Virus record (IMG/VR): IMGVR_UViG_3300017917_003521
Direction: 5' to 3' (one strand)
Origin: a virus
Taxonomy: Duplodnaviria > Heunggongvirae > Uroviricota > Caudoviricetes
DNA length: 64,000 nt
How positions within the stretch are numbered: the first letter of the stretch is position 1; the number at the start of each line of letters is the position of its first letter. Below are positions 16,945 to 26,273 of this stretch, piece after piece. A program made the translations under genes and the position numbers. Below the pieces are notes generated by a model. That model was not told the origin of the DNA. It ran no database searches and was given only the letters and a program-made list of their open reading frames with translations.

Positions 16945-17028
16945 GCCGATGTGGCTCAGTGGCGACAGCACTGGTTTTGTAAACCAGAGACGAATAGTCC
17001 AACGGGGGTTCGAGTCCCTCCATCGGCT
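16945..17028 (+). tRNA. tRNA TGT (Thr) with long variable arm
   Basis: CTGGT-TTTGTAA-ACCAG; V arm GAC-GAATA-GTC; U73. Confidence 0.75.
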
Positions 17029-17043
17029 CAAAATAAATCACCT

Positions 17044-17129
17044 GCCTGGGTGGTGGAATTGGTAGACACGCTGGACTTAAAATTCAGTGGGCAGTAATGC
17101 CCGTGCGGGTTCGAGTCCCGCCCCAGGTA
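17044..17129 (+). tRNA. tRNA-Leu (TAA)
   Basis: CTGGA-CTTAAAA-TTCAG; long V arm. Confidence 0.92.
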
Positions 17130-17160
17130 CTGAAGTGAAACAAAAGTTCACTACTAAATT

Positions 17161-17231
17161 ATTGGGATAGTTTAACGGTAAATCGTGGGCCTGATATGCC
17201 CTTGTTCTTGGTTCGACTCCAGGTCTCAATA
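17161..17231 (+). tRNA. tRNA-Ile (GAT)
   Basis: GGGC-CTGATAT-GCCC. Confidence 0.75.
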
Positions 17232-17237
17232 CTAAAC

Positions 17238-17309
17238 TTCGATATTGCCTAATGGTAGGGCGCAGGGGGACATGTTCCTGAGGACTTGGTTCGATTCCGG
17301 GTATCGATA
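17238..17309 (+). tRNA. tRNA-like, anticodon undetermined (8-nt loop GGACATGT)
   Basis: Acceptor and T arm intact; CAGGG/TCCTG stem with non-canonical loop. Confidence 0.45.
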
Positions 17310-17317
17310 CAAAAAAA

Positions 17318-17390
17318 GCAGTCATCGTATAATAGGTGATTACACGTCCTTGGTACGGACGAGACTCCGGTTCGAATCCGGATGATTGCT
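17318..17390 (+). tRNA. tRNA-Thr (GGT)
   Basis: CGTCC-TTGGTAC-GGACG, U73. Confidence 0.88.
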
Positions 17391-17401
17391 CAACAACATC
17401 T

Positions 17402-17482
17402 GCCCAGATGGTGGAATGGTAGACACGCTCGTTTAAGAGGCGAGTACCGAAAGGTGTGAGAGTTCGAGTCTCTCTCTGGGTA
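17402..17482 (+). tRNA. tRNA-Leu (AAG)
   Basis: Leu body; CTCGT-TTAAGAG-GCGAG places AAG at 34-36. Confidence 0.75.
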
Positions 17483-17492
17483 CAAAATATAT

Positions 17493-17562
17493 GCCGTGGC
17501 TTAGTGGAAAAGAGCCTACTCTCATAAGGTGGGTTAAGTGAGTTCGAACCTCATACACGGTA
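17493..17562 (+). tRNA. tRNA-Met-like (CAT), shortened acceptor/D junction
   Basis: CTACT-CTCATAA-GGTGG; 6-bp acceptor, nt 7-9 appear deleted. Confidence 0.5.
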
Positions 17563-17567
17563 CAAAT

Positions 17568-17648
17568 GTCAGAATGGTGGAATGGTATACACACTGGTCT
17601 CAAAAGCCAGCGCCTAACGGTATGAGAGTTCAATTCTCTCTTCTGATA
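17568..17648 (+). tRNA. tRNA-Leu (CAA)
   Basis: CTGGT-CTCAAAA-GCCAG; long V arm. Confidence 0.9.
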
Positions 17649-17670
17649 CTCGATAAAAAAACCAATAGAA

Positions 17671-17883
17671 ATGGAAAAGAATGAAATTAAAAAAGCATTG
17701 TACAAACAAAACCCAAAAGCCGAGTTTAAGTTTATCAGAAAAGGTGTAGCTTATTACTTAGCAATTATCGAATTTGAAAGTGAACCAGTTGAAATTAGAT
17801 TTGAGGTTCCTGTTTCAGATATGGGTGATGCTGACTTTGAATACATGATGGATTCAAAGTATTTAATTAGATGGATATCTTAA
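17671..17883 (+). CDS. Conserved small phage hypothetical protein
   Basis: 70-aa ORF (KKALYKQNPKA...FEVPVSDMGDADF) after the last tRNA. Confidence 0.7.
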   Translation: MEKNEIKKALYKQNPKAEFKFIRKGVAYYLAIIEFESEPVEIRFEVPVSDMGDADFEYMMDSKYLIRWIS

Positions 17884-18452
17884 TTAGGAGTATAATCATC
17901 ATATTGGTCCAAGAACTTAAAATCTTCTTTTTTAAGTTTCATTCCTGAGAACTTATTCAGGAAATTTACAAATGATTCTAGAGAGTCATCTACTAAACCA
18001 AATACGGTATTACTTGGATCAAATTTAGAGTGGTAGGATGTATATTCTACCACTTTTATTTTATCTGGTGATTCAATTGTAAATTCACAAGCCATAAATT
18101 CACCATATGTTATATCAATATCTAATATTATTTTATTATCAACTTTAGCAAAGTGTATATCAAATTCTAAAGTATCAGGTTCACCCCAAATCTCTCCTTG
18201 CTCTTCACTATCTAAAGGTGTTGACGCATATGTTATCTGAACCATGTCAGAGTGTAGCATTATATTATCTCTTTTGAATTTAAATAGTTTGCCACCATTA
18301 TTTATTGTTAAGTACTCAGGCAATTCATTTTCCCACTTCTTATCATATATAGTTCTATTATGGTTGGTTTTAACTTTGATATTTGGCTTAATAGTACCAT
18401 CAGAAGCAATTCTAGCTTCTATATCTTCGTTAAATCTTTTTAAGTATTTCAT
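17880..18452 (-). CDS. Hypothetical protein (MKYLKRFNE)
   Basis: ORF with AATATATA motif upstream. Confidence 0.65.
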   Translation of the reverse strand: MKYLKRFNEDIEARIASDGTIKPNIKVKTNHNRTIYDKKWENELPEYLTINNGGKLFKFKRDNIMLHSDMVQITYASTPLDSEEQGEIWGEPDTLEFDIHFAKVDNKIILDIDITYGEFMACEFTIESPDKIKVVEYTSYHSKFDPSNTVFGLVDDSLESFVNFLNKFSGMKLKKEDFKFLDQYDDYTPN

Positions 18453-18512
18453 AATGTATATATTTGTTTTTTCAAATCTTTTTAGTTAGATTTGTAATCT
18501 AAAAAAAATTAT

Positions 18513-18650
18513 ATGCTAGGAGTCTGTACTAGATTAGAAGAAAAAACAGGAATTGATAAGTTTTGGTTTAGATTATTGTTTGTTATCTGGTTCTTTAATA
18601 CTGGATTTGCATTGCTTTGGTATTTTATTATATCATTGATAATCGACTAA
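18513..18650 (+). CDS. PspC-domain small membrane protein (not in ORF track)
   Basis: MLGVCTRLEEKTGIDKFWFRLLFVIW... resembles the PspC GGVC-x-GL-x4-GID-x4-RL motif. Confidence 0.7.
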   Translation: MLGVCTRLEEKTGIDKFWFRLLFVIWFFNTGFALLWYFIISLIID

Positions 18651-18693
18651 AATAAAATTTTGAAATTAATCACATTTTTATTAAATTTGTAAA

Positions 18694-20157
18694 ATGAAAA
18701 ATATAGTAACAAGAATTGCACCTTCTCCAACTGGACCGTTTGCACATATTGGTAATGTGAGAACTCTATTGTATAACTACTTTCTTGCTAAAAAGAATGG
18801 TGGTAAATTCTATGTTCGTTTGGAAGATACCGATCGTGATAGATATAATGCCTCGTTTTTAACATACTTTAAAGATATGTGTGATTGGCTTGGTATAGTA
18901 CCTGATGGTTCTTATTGGAACCCTGATCCATCTATTGGCTCATTCACTCAATCAACAAGAGATTATTCAGATAAGGTTAAATTCCTTTTAGATAAAGGTT
19001 TGGCTTACTATGCCTTTGATACTAAGGATGATTTAGACGCACTAAAGGCTAAAGGTCTAAAGTATGACTCAACAACTCGCATGTCTATGAATAACTCATT
19101 GACTAATCCATCCACTGATATTATGTTACAAAGTGGTGTTCCTTATGTAATTAGATTTGCTGTTCCAGCTGACTTAGATGTAACTTTCACTGATGCTATT
19201 TTAGGTGATATCACAATCAACACAAATACTTTAGATGATAAAGTTTTAATTAAGTCAAATGGAATTGGCTCATATCATCTTTGTAATGTTTGTGACGATC
19301 ATGATATGGGTGTTACTCACGTTCTTAGAGGTAACGAGTGGGTAAACTCTACTCCTTTCCACGTTATTCTTTATAAGGCTTTTGGTTGGGATGTTCCTAC
19401 ATTTGCTCACTTACCTTTAATTATGAATCCAGATGGTAAAGGTAAGTTGTCTAAGAGAACTGCTATGAAGTATGGTATTCCTATCGCACCACTTGGTTAC
19501 ACAGATGATAATGGTGTTTATACACCAGGTTGGAAAGACTTAGGATATGATCCTAAAGCATTTATGAACTATCTTGCTTTAATTGGTTGGAATCCAGGAG
19601 CTGAAGTAGAAATTATGTCTATGGATGATATGATTAATTTATTCTCTTTAGATAGAGTTCACAAGTCTGGTGCTCGTTTCGATATGGATAAAGCTAAGTG
19701 GATGAACTCTCAATATCTTAAATTAACAGATAACAAAGACTTGATGCCTTATGTTGATGTAGTTGACGATAGATATTCTGATGATAAATTAGACATGATT
19801 GTCTCTTTGGCTAAAGATAGATCTGACTTTAAAACTGACTTGAATAAAATTGTTAAATTATTCTTTGATGTCCCTTCTATCGATGATAGAAGTAAATTAG
19901 ATGATAACTATACAAAAGTTATGTCAGACTTTATCAACAAAATTGATACAATTAACTTTGATGATACAAACTCAATCAAAGACACTATCTCATCAATCTG
20001 TAATGATTTAGGTGTTAAGATGGGTAAAGTAATGCCTGGTTTAAGAATGGCTTTGGTATCCGGGATTGCTGGACCAGACTTAATGACAACAATGTCAATT
20101 CTAGGTAAAGACCAAACAAAATTGAGAATTAATAACTCAATTACGGTAATGGCTTAA
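18694..20157 (+). CDS. gltX: Glutamyl-tRNA synthetase
   Basis: RIAPSPTG, HIGN, RLEDTD, VLRGNEW, KLSKR, anticodon-binding tail. Confidence 0.95.
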   Translation: MKNIVTRIAPSPTGPFAHIGNVRTLLYNYFLAKKNGGKFYVRLEDTDRDRYNASFLTYFKDMCDWLGIVPDGSYWNPDPSIGSFTQSTRDYSDKVKFLLDKGLAYYAFDTKDDLDALKAKGLKYDSTTRMSMNNSLTNPSTDIMLQSGVPYVIRFAVPADLDVTFTDAILGDITINTNTLDDKVLIKSNGIGSYHLCNVCDDHDMGVTHVLRGNEWVNSTPFHVILYKAFGWDVPTFAHLPLIMNPDGKGKLSKRTAMKYGIPIAPLGYTDDNGVYTPGWKDLGYDPKAFMNYLALIGWNPGAEVEIMSMDDMINLFSLDRVHKSGARFDMDKAKWMNSQYLKLTDNKDLMPYVDVVDDRYSDDKLDMIVSLAKDRSDFKTDLNKIVKLFFDVPSIDDRSKLDDNYTKVMSDFINKIDTINFDDTNSIKDTISSICNDLGVKMGKVMPGLRMALVSGIAGPDLMTTMSILGKDQTKLRINNSITVMA

Positions 20158-20164
20158 AAGAAAA

Positions 20165-20192
20165 AACCTCTGAGAAATCAGAGGTTTTTTCT
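20165..20192. terminator. Bidirectional intrinsic terminator
   Basis: AAAAAACCTCTGA-GAAA-TCAGAGGTTTTTT between convergent genes. Confidence 0.8.
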
Positions 20193-22471
20193 TATTCAAA
20201 TAACGGGAATCTTGGTAGATAAAGTCTTGTTGTGGCATTATCAGCAAAGACAAGATATTTAGAATCATCTCTAATAATATATTGATTAAGTATTTTATTA
20301 TGTTGATCTTCTGGTATAACTTCAGTAAACATTCTAATGTTAGTAACAGACATATCAGATGCTAATATCTCACATGTGTTATTCTCAATTTGATAATTAA
20401 CTGGAGTTATCACTTGAGAACCACTATAAACTTTTCTAAGTATAGTATTTGTTAAATTTGCAGCATCGTCTTCATCTTCAACATTTCTCTTATAGATATA
20501 GTAATCCATCTTTCTTTGTCTTTGTTCTATATTAATAACTAAACAATACCAAGTATCTTCAAATAAAGCTATATTTTGATCAGATGGATATCCTAATAAA
20601 TCATAATTATAAACATCTGAATTAAGAGTAATACTTAAAGCGTCATTACTTAAATTAGCCTTCCACCCTAACATATTTACATTATCATAATAGTTTATAA
20701 AGTTATAAACTTCATCTGTTATATAATTATTAATTCTAAACCAAATTTGATATCCTATATTATCAGAAACACTTAATACCGGATCTAAATTTTGATATTT
20801 AACTGCTACTTCTTGATAATTAATAGAAGATAAATCATAATTTGATTTAGATATAATTGTTGATGAGTTTTCAATTAATTCTTTATCAATAGATGCTTTA
20901 TATTCTAATCTAATTGGATCTCTAGTTAAAGGTGTTAATTGTTGTTTATTAGCAATTGCTGCCTTATCTTGATTATTTTCAACTCCAAATAACTCATCAA
21001 TTGTTGAGTTCTTAGTGAGTTGCTGTAACTTATCTTTAATTTCTTGAGTTCCAGCTTTGACATTTGCTTTCTGAGTGTATTTTTTCAGAACTAATTTATA
21101 GTAAACAGCTGAATTATTAAAGTTTCTAAATTGCTGAGCATGGTCAACTTGAAACATTCTATTAATATCACAGAAATATAAGAAGTCTTCCTTAGAAGGT
21201 CTTCTTTGTGGTCCAAATATTTCCTTAAACTGTTTCTTAGTAATATGAACTGTCATAGATTCAAATAGACTTAAATCAAATTGATTCATTACTATTTGAG
21301 AATCTGGAAAATTATTACCATCAACACCAACCTTTATATTACCCTCACAAACAACATTATATAATTGATATTCATGCATTGTATGGTCTTGACCTCTCTT
21401 ATCAGGATCTGTACAAAAGTATATAACTCTATGTCCAAATACTTGTTCAGCATCAGCACTTAATTTATTTAATAAATCCATTGCTGTATTTTGCTTATAT
21501 GGATTAAATAAATTTGCTTTGTCTTGAGATGACATTTGAGGTAGAGTTGAACCTGAACCTGTTGTATCACAAGCACCACCAGAATTTGATATACCGCCAT
21601 TATTTCCTGTACCCGAACCGTTTGTATTGTCCGCTGGTACATAATTACCACTAGCATCAATATATCCTGTTAAATTAGATTGACAACATTCTCTAATACC
21701 ATATAGATTTGTTTTGAAGTAATCTTTGCTAACATTTTGAAAATCGCCAATCAAGTTAATATCTTGAATAGATTTATTTACATTTGAATTATTTGTTATT
21801 GAATATTCAATTTGAAAGAATCTAATTGGATTTATTCTAACAGTTGTAATATTTTCTTTAGTAAAAGGTTCCCATTCCGACCAAGATCTGCTATTGTCTT
21901 GTGATATTCTATATTTTATATCTAAGCCGGTTAAATTTGAAGATGATATTATTTCAATATCAGATACACCAAAAACTTTATAGATAAAAGGTGCTGACCA
22001 AATTACATTTTCTCCAGGTTTTATATTTATAGTACTAAAACCATCACCCGCTGTTTCAACTAAATTTCTTTCTAATTTACCATCAATTGAGTATTCTAAA
22101 ATTCTTATTGTTCCTACAGAAGATTGTCCAGCTCTAACCCACTTAATATCTAAGTAAAGAGGATCTTTTGAATCAACAACTGGAAAATTATCAATTACTC
22201 TTTTTAAATCTAACCATTGTGTCCAATTTTGACCATCTCTTGATATTCTATAATAGTTTCTTAAAAATCTAGTATCTGTTAAACCTAAAGTATCATATTT
22301 AAAGTTGGTAATTTCTTTAACATTTTGTAAATTTACAAAACTTATAATATATTCTGAACCGATTGAATTAAAATAAGGAGTAGCATCTGATGATCCAACT
22401 GCCGCATTAATATCGAATTTATCAGATATACTGATACTACCATTTTCTAAACTTGAAACTATTTGTTGCAT
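20192..22471 (-). CDS. Virion structural protein, probable neck/head-closure (T4 gp14-like) core
   Basis: EQVFGHRVIYF..D.TMHEY..., ITKKQF..., PSKEDFLYF...RMFQV pattern; late-type motif upstream. Confidence 0.55.
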   Translation of the reverse strand: MQQIVSSLENGSISISDKFDINAAVGSSDATPYFNSIGSEYIISFVNLQNVKEITNFKYDTLGLTDTRFLRNYYRISRDGQNWTQWLDLKRVIDNFPVVDSKDPLYLDIKWVRAGQSSVGTIRILEYSIDGKLERNLVETAGDGFSTINIKPGENVIWSAPFIYKVFGVSDIEIISSSNLTGLDIKYRISQDNSRSWSEWEPFTKENITTVRINPIRFFQIEYSITNNSNVNKSIQDINLIGDFQNVSKDYFKTNLYGIRECCQSNLTGYIDASGNYVPADNTNGSGTGNNGGISNSGGACDTTGSGSTLPQMSSQDKANLFNPYKQNTAMDLLNKLSADAEQVFGHRVIYFCTDPDKRGQDHTMHEYQLYNVVCEGNIKVGVDGNNFPDSQIVMNQFDLSLFESMTVHITKKQFKEIFGPQRRPSKEDFLYFCDINRMFQVDHAQQFRNFNNSAVYYKLVLKKYTQKANVKAGTQEIKDKLQQLTKNSTIDELFGVENNQDKAAIANKQQLTPLTRDPIRLEYKASIDKELIENSSTIISKSNYDLSSINYQEVAVKYQNLDPVLSVSDNIGYQIWFRINNYITDEVYNFINYYDNVNMLGWKANLSNDALSITLNSDVYNYDLLGYPSDQNIALFEDTWYCLVINIEQRQRKMDYYIYKRNVEDEDDAANLTNTILRKVYSGSQVITPVNYQIENNTCEILASDMSVTNIRMFTEVIPEDQHNKILNQYIIRDDSKYLVFADNATTRLYLPRFPLFE

Positions 22472-22587
22472 GACTTATATATTAAAAAAGTAATCACACA
22501 ATATTATTTAAAATAATTCTTAATAAAATTTGGCAATTGTTAATAAGTATTGTATATTTGTAATAATAAGTCTAAATATAAATAAAG

Positions 22588-23787
22588 ATGAATATAAAAG
22601 AGAAGTTTCTTGAATTAACAAGCAGAACATATCCTCACGGAACTGAAGAGGATGTTTTTCCTTTGTTAAACTCAGAACTACAAAAAGATGAATTTGGAAA
22701 TCTATTCATTAAAATAGGTGAAAGTGACGCTATGTTTACCTCTCACTTAGATACAGCAACCTCAGCTCTTACTGAAGTTAAACATGTATTTGATGGAAAT
22801 CTAATTAAGACAGACGGTAAATCAATTCTTGGCGCAGACGATAAAGCAGGTGTTACCATTATGCTTTATATGATTGAAAACAAAATACCAGGACTTTACT
22901 ACTTTTTCTTAGGTGAAGAGGTTGGTTGTATTGGTTCTAGAAAGGTAGCAAATAAATTAAAAACAGAAAAGATTGAAGGTATCAACAAAGTAATTTCATT
23001 TGACCGTAGAGGTACTGATTCAGTTATTACTTTTCAATCTGGTCAAAGATGTTGCTCAGAAAAGTTTGGTGAAGAACTTTCAAAACAACTAAACTTAGCA
23101 GAAGATACATTTTCATACAAAAACGACCCAACTGGTATTTTAACAGACTCTGTTCAATTTATTAGTATTTATCCAGAGTGTACCAATATCTCTGTTGGTT
23201 ATCGTTCAGAACACACATTTTCTGAAGTTCAAAATATTGAACACTTAGAAAAGTTAGCAGAGGCTTGTTTGAAAGTTGATTGGAATTCATTACCTGTTGA
23301 TAGAGATCCTTCTAAAACTGAGTACAAATCTTACGGAAGATACGGGTACGATTGGGATGATTATGACTATGGTTATAGTGGGTATGGAAGAAACTTATCT
23401 GCTTGGTCTAAACCATCAGAACCAAAGACTGAAAAAGTTTGGTTCCATGATAAAAAATACAACTATGTTTCTAACGTAGAAATTGATAGTTTAACTAAAA
23501 AAGTTGTATCTGTTGATCTTTGTAAAGAACGTGTTAACTATGAAGAGGTTATAATTAGTGATTTGTTAAATTCTCTTGAACTTGACTATACTGGATTTCA
23601 ATGGGATGGTTTCAAATTAAAAGTTTATTACAAACAAGAACATTCAACTGAATGTAACAGAAATGACTTGATTGAATATCTTCCAGAACTAGACTACTCT
23701 AAAGGTGACGACTTAGATGAAAGTAATTTTTTTGACAGTGATAACCTAAATGATGTAAGTGGATACTGTAGTGATTTATACGACTAA
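22588..23787 (+). CDS. M20/M28-type zinc peptidase-like protein
   Basis: SHLDT, GADDKAG, GEEVG, SFDRRG and a late His. Confidence 0.75.
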   Translation: MNIKEKFLELTSRTYPHGTEEDVFPLLNSELQKDEFGNLFIKIGESDAMFTSHLDTATSALTEVKHVFDGNLIKTDGKSILGADDKAGVTIMLYMIENKIPGLYYFFLGEEVGCIGSRKVANKLKTEKIEGINKVISFDRRGTDSVITFQSGQRCCSEKFGEELSKQLNLAEDTFSYKNDPTGILTDSVQFISIYPECTNISVGYRSEHTFSEVQNIEHLEKLAEACLKVDWNSLPVDRDPSKTEYKSYGRYGYDWDDYDYGYSGYGRNLSAWSKPSEPKTEKVWFHDKKYNYVSNVEIDSLTKKVVSVDLCKERVNYEEVIISDLLNSLELDYTGFQWDGFKLKVYYKQEHSTECNRNDLIEYLPELDYSKGDDLDESNFFDSDNLNDVSGYCSDLYD

Positions 23788-23963
23788 TAAAAAAAGAGCC
23801 TTAATGGCTCTTTTTTTATATTTTTTTATTATATTTGTAATATGATTTACTTTAAGAAAAGAAGACTGATGAAAAAGATTTTTTCAGAATTCAATAAAGC
23901 GGTTTCTGAAAAAAATTACATCAAGAGTGAAATCTTAGGTAAAAGATATTTAAAATTATCAAA

Positions 23964-24416
23964 ATGAAAACATTAGCAATATACGCCGGTTCTTTTAATC
24001 CTTTTCACATCGGACATCTTAACATTGTTGAGAAAGCAGAAAAGGTATTTGGTAAAGGCAATGTTTTAATTGCTATTGGTGTTAACCCTGAAAAATCAAA
24101 GTCAGAAAACTTACTTTTAAGAGCATCTGAGATAAATTCTAAAACAGGTAGACCTGTTGAGGTTTATACAACTTTCTTACATGAGTTAGTTGAGAAAAAA
24201 GAATCAGAAGGTTATAAAGTCGTTTTAGTTCGTGGTCTTAGAAATGGTGACGACTTAGCTTACGAAGATAACCAATTGAAATTCATCAATGATTTCAAAA
24301 AAGATATTGATGTTGTTTTCTTCCGTTGTGATGAACAATTTGCACATATCAGTTCATCTGCTATTAGAAACTTACAATCTTTCAGATCAGGTTCTGGTGA
24401 TAAATACTGCATATAA
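23964..24416 (+). CDS. coaD: Phosphopantetheine adenylyltransferase
   Basis: AIYAGSFNPFHIGH, VRGLRN..D, HISSSAIR. Confidence 0.85.
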   Translation: MKTLAIYAGSFNPFHIGHLNIVEKAEKVFGKGNVLIAIGVNPEKSKSENLLLRASEINSKTGRPVEVYTTFLHELVEKKESEGYKVVLVRGLRNGDDLAYEDNQLKFINDFKKDIDVVFFRCDEQFAHISSSAIRNLQSFRSGSGDKYCI

Positions 24417-24515
24417 TGGATATAAATAAAATGAAAATATCCGAACTTGTTAAACAATTAGAAGTTGTTGCAAAAGCATATGGTTTAAAATTAAACCGTT
24501 TAAAGGATTTTAATT

Positions 24516-24842
24516 TTGCAAAGACTGTTCTTGTTAATTTATATACAAAAGAATTATCTTGTGAGTTCTATGAGTTTGAGAACGACTGATGGTTGGTTAG
24601 TACCAGATGAATATGTAGATGTTATTTTAGAATATCTTAAAAATAATGGTGCATTAAATCCAAACATAACAAGTGTTATGGAAGCGACTAAACATGATCC
24701 TCAACTAAAAACACATGAAAATGTATTTCTTATCGAATATACATCAGCCAATACAACAGATTTACAAAATATTAATATAAGTATTAAATATATTAAATCT
24801 GTTATCAGAGATAGAAAAATAAACAAAATAATAAATGAATAG
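24516..24842 (+). CDS. Hypothetical protein (likely start MSLRTTDG), C-terminal IRDRKINKII
   Basis: ORF track; start uncertain. Confidence 0.5.
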   Translation: MQRLFLLIYIQKNYLVSSMSLRTTDGWLVPDEYVDVILEYLKNNGALNPNITSVMEATKHDPQLKTHENVFLIEYTSANTTDLQNINISIKYIKSVIRDRKINKIINE

Positions 24843-25263
24843 AGAAGTTGAAATATTAAAAATAGGAACTATTCTACCATCTACAATATCAAGAGATAAA
24901 AAAGAAGGTAAAAGTACCATTATGATTGTTTTCAATGGAGGTCCTGTTTTTGACTATTATATCGATATTCTAAAAGAAAAATGTGGAGATGAATACAAGT
25001 ATCTAAAAACAGATAAGGCAATTGTTGGTTCAATAAATAATGCTCCTAGATTTGCTAAATCAGATAAAATATCGAATACTCTAAAAGGAATTCAGAATGG
25101 TGATCCAGTTGTAGGTCAATCTTATGGTATAGGTAATTGGTACACATCAACTGTTATTAGAATAATAGATGAAAATATTTTAATTACAAGAAACTCTGTT
25201 TATGCTATTCATGATGTTTCTAAATTAAGAGAAAAAAGATTAAATGATTTAGGTATAAACTAA
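24835..25263 (+). CDS. Hypothetical protein, C-terminal LREKRLNDLGI
   Basis: ORF track. Confidence 0.6.
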   Translation: MNREVEILKIGTILPSTISRDKKEGKSTIMIVFNGGPVFDYYIDILKEKCGDEYKYLKTDKAIVGSINNAPRFAKSDKISNTLKGIQNGDPVVGQSYGIGNWYTSTVIRIIDENILITRNSVYAIHDVSKLREKRLNDLGIN

Positions 25264-25325
25264 AATTCAATTAATTATATAATAAGTGGTAATATTACCA
25301 AAATTAAAAATAAACAAGAATAAAA

Positions 25326-25517
25326 ATGAAAACAGGAACGGTAAAGTTCTACAATGAGGCTAAAGGATTTGGTTTCATCACAGACGAAAACGGAACAGAC
25401 GTGTTTGTACACGCAACAGGATTAAACGATGAAATTAGAGAAAATGACTCAGTTAGCTTTGAAGTAACAGAAGGTAAAAAAGGATTAAATGCTGTTAACG
25501 TAACAGTTAACGCTTAA
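25326..25517 (+). CDS. Cold-shock domain protein
   Basis: GTVKFYNEAKGFGFI, DVFVHATGL; followed by terminator AAAACCCTTAGA-TTTA-TCTGAGGGTTTT. Confidence 0.95.
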   Translation: MKTGTVKFYNEAKGFGFITDENGTDVFVHATGLNDEIRENDSVSFEVTEGKKGLNAVNVTVNA

Positions 25518-25593
25518 TTATATTTAACTAGTGAAATTAAAACCCTTAGATTTATCTGAGGGTTTTTTGTTTATAGAAATTAATATATAACAT

Positions 25594-25971
25594 ATGAAAT
25601 ATTTAAAATCAATAAATGAAGAATTTGACAGAGTTGTTGGATTCAGATACTCAGATCCAAAAGAAGCATATAAGATTACGGCTTTATGTATGGGTGAAGA
25701 TATAACTAATGATAAAGTAGAGAAGGCTTTAGGTAAAGTTAGTAATCTAAAATTCAAACCTGAAACTATTAATGTTAAAAATAGTGAAGAGGAAACATTA
25801 ATTGAAACACCTAATGGTGTTGTTAGTATTGATGCTTTTGTTAACTTTGATATAGTAGTATATACAGATAGAGAGATAAGATCTATCATTGAAGAGTTAG
25901 GTGAAATACTATCTTCAGCATTTGATATAGAAATATTAAACTTTAGAGTTAAAAAAGATTTTGGTATTTAA
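25594..25971 (+). CDS. Hypothetical protein (MKYLKSINE)
   Basis: TTAATATATA motif 5 nt upstream of ATG. Confidence 0.65.
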   Translation: MKYLKSINEEFDRVVGFRYSDPKEAYKITALCMGEDITNDKVEKALGKVSNLKFKPETINVKNSEEETLIETPNGVVSIDAFVNFDIVVYTDREIRSIIEELGEILSSAFDIEILNFRVKKDFGI

Positions 25972-26028
25972 AATAATATTATTATCTTTGTACTCACAGA
26001 AGAAAAATAAATAAAAAATAAAAAAATA

Positions 26029-26102
26029 TTTGACAAATTAAAACTTTGTTGTATATTTGTATAAAATAAGAACAAAAGGAACAAAAACTTTTTAATATAT
26101 AC
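26029..26102 (+). promoter_or_regulatory. Promoter cassette (host-type TTTG-N19-TATATTTG plus phage motif), duplicate of 15430-15480
   Basis: 30-nt identity CAAAAGGAACAAAAACTTTTTAATATATAC at 15451-15480 and 26073-26102. Confidence 0.7.
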
Positions 26103-26106
26103 TGAA

Positions 26107-26205
26107 ATGAAAAACTTAAACTTAAATATTGTTAACCCGCAACCACAAGTTGTAATCGATCAGGATCCTGGTTCGAAAGGGGCTAACTATGTGGTTTTAA
26201 GTTAA
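26107..26205 (+). CDS. Leader peptide 4 MKNLNLNIVNPQPQVVIDQDPGSKGANYVVLS (putative Pro/Asp attenuator)
   Basis: 32-aa ORF between promoter cassette and terminator. Confidence 0.75.
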   Translation: MKNLNLNIVNPQPQVVIDQDPGSKGANYVVLS

Positions 26206-26226
26206 ACAAGATATTAACTATGAAAC

Positions 26227-26261
26227 AAACCCAGTTAGTCGAAAGATTAACTGGGTTTTTT
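26227..26261 (+). terminator. Intrinsic terminator/attenuator before Pro/Asp tRNA array
   Basis: AAACCCAGTTAGTC-GAAA-GATTAACTGGGTTT plus U-tract. Confidence 0.85.
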
Positions 26262-26273
26262 GTTTTAACATAA

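Noticed and set aside
16562-17705. Track ORFs 16562-16783, 17077-17325 and 17433-17705
   Set aside because: tRNA-shadow ORFs.
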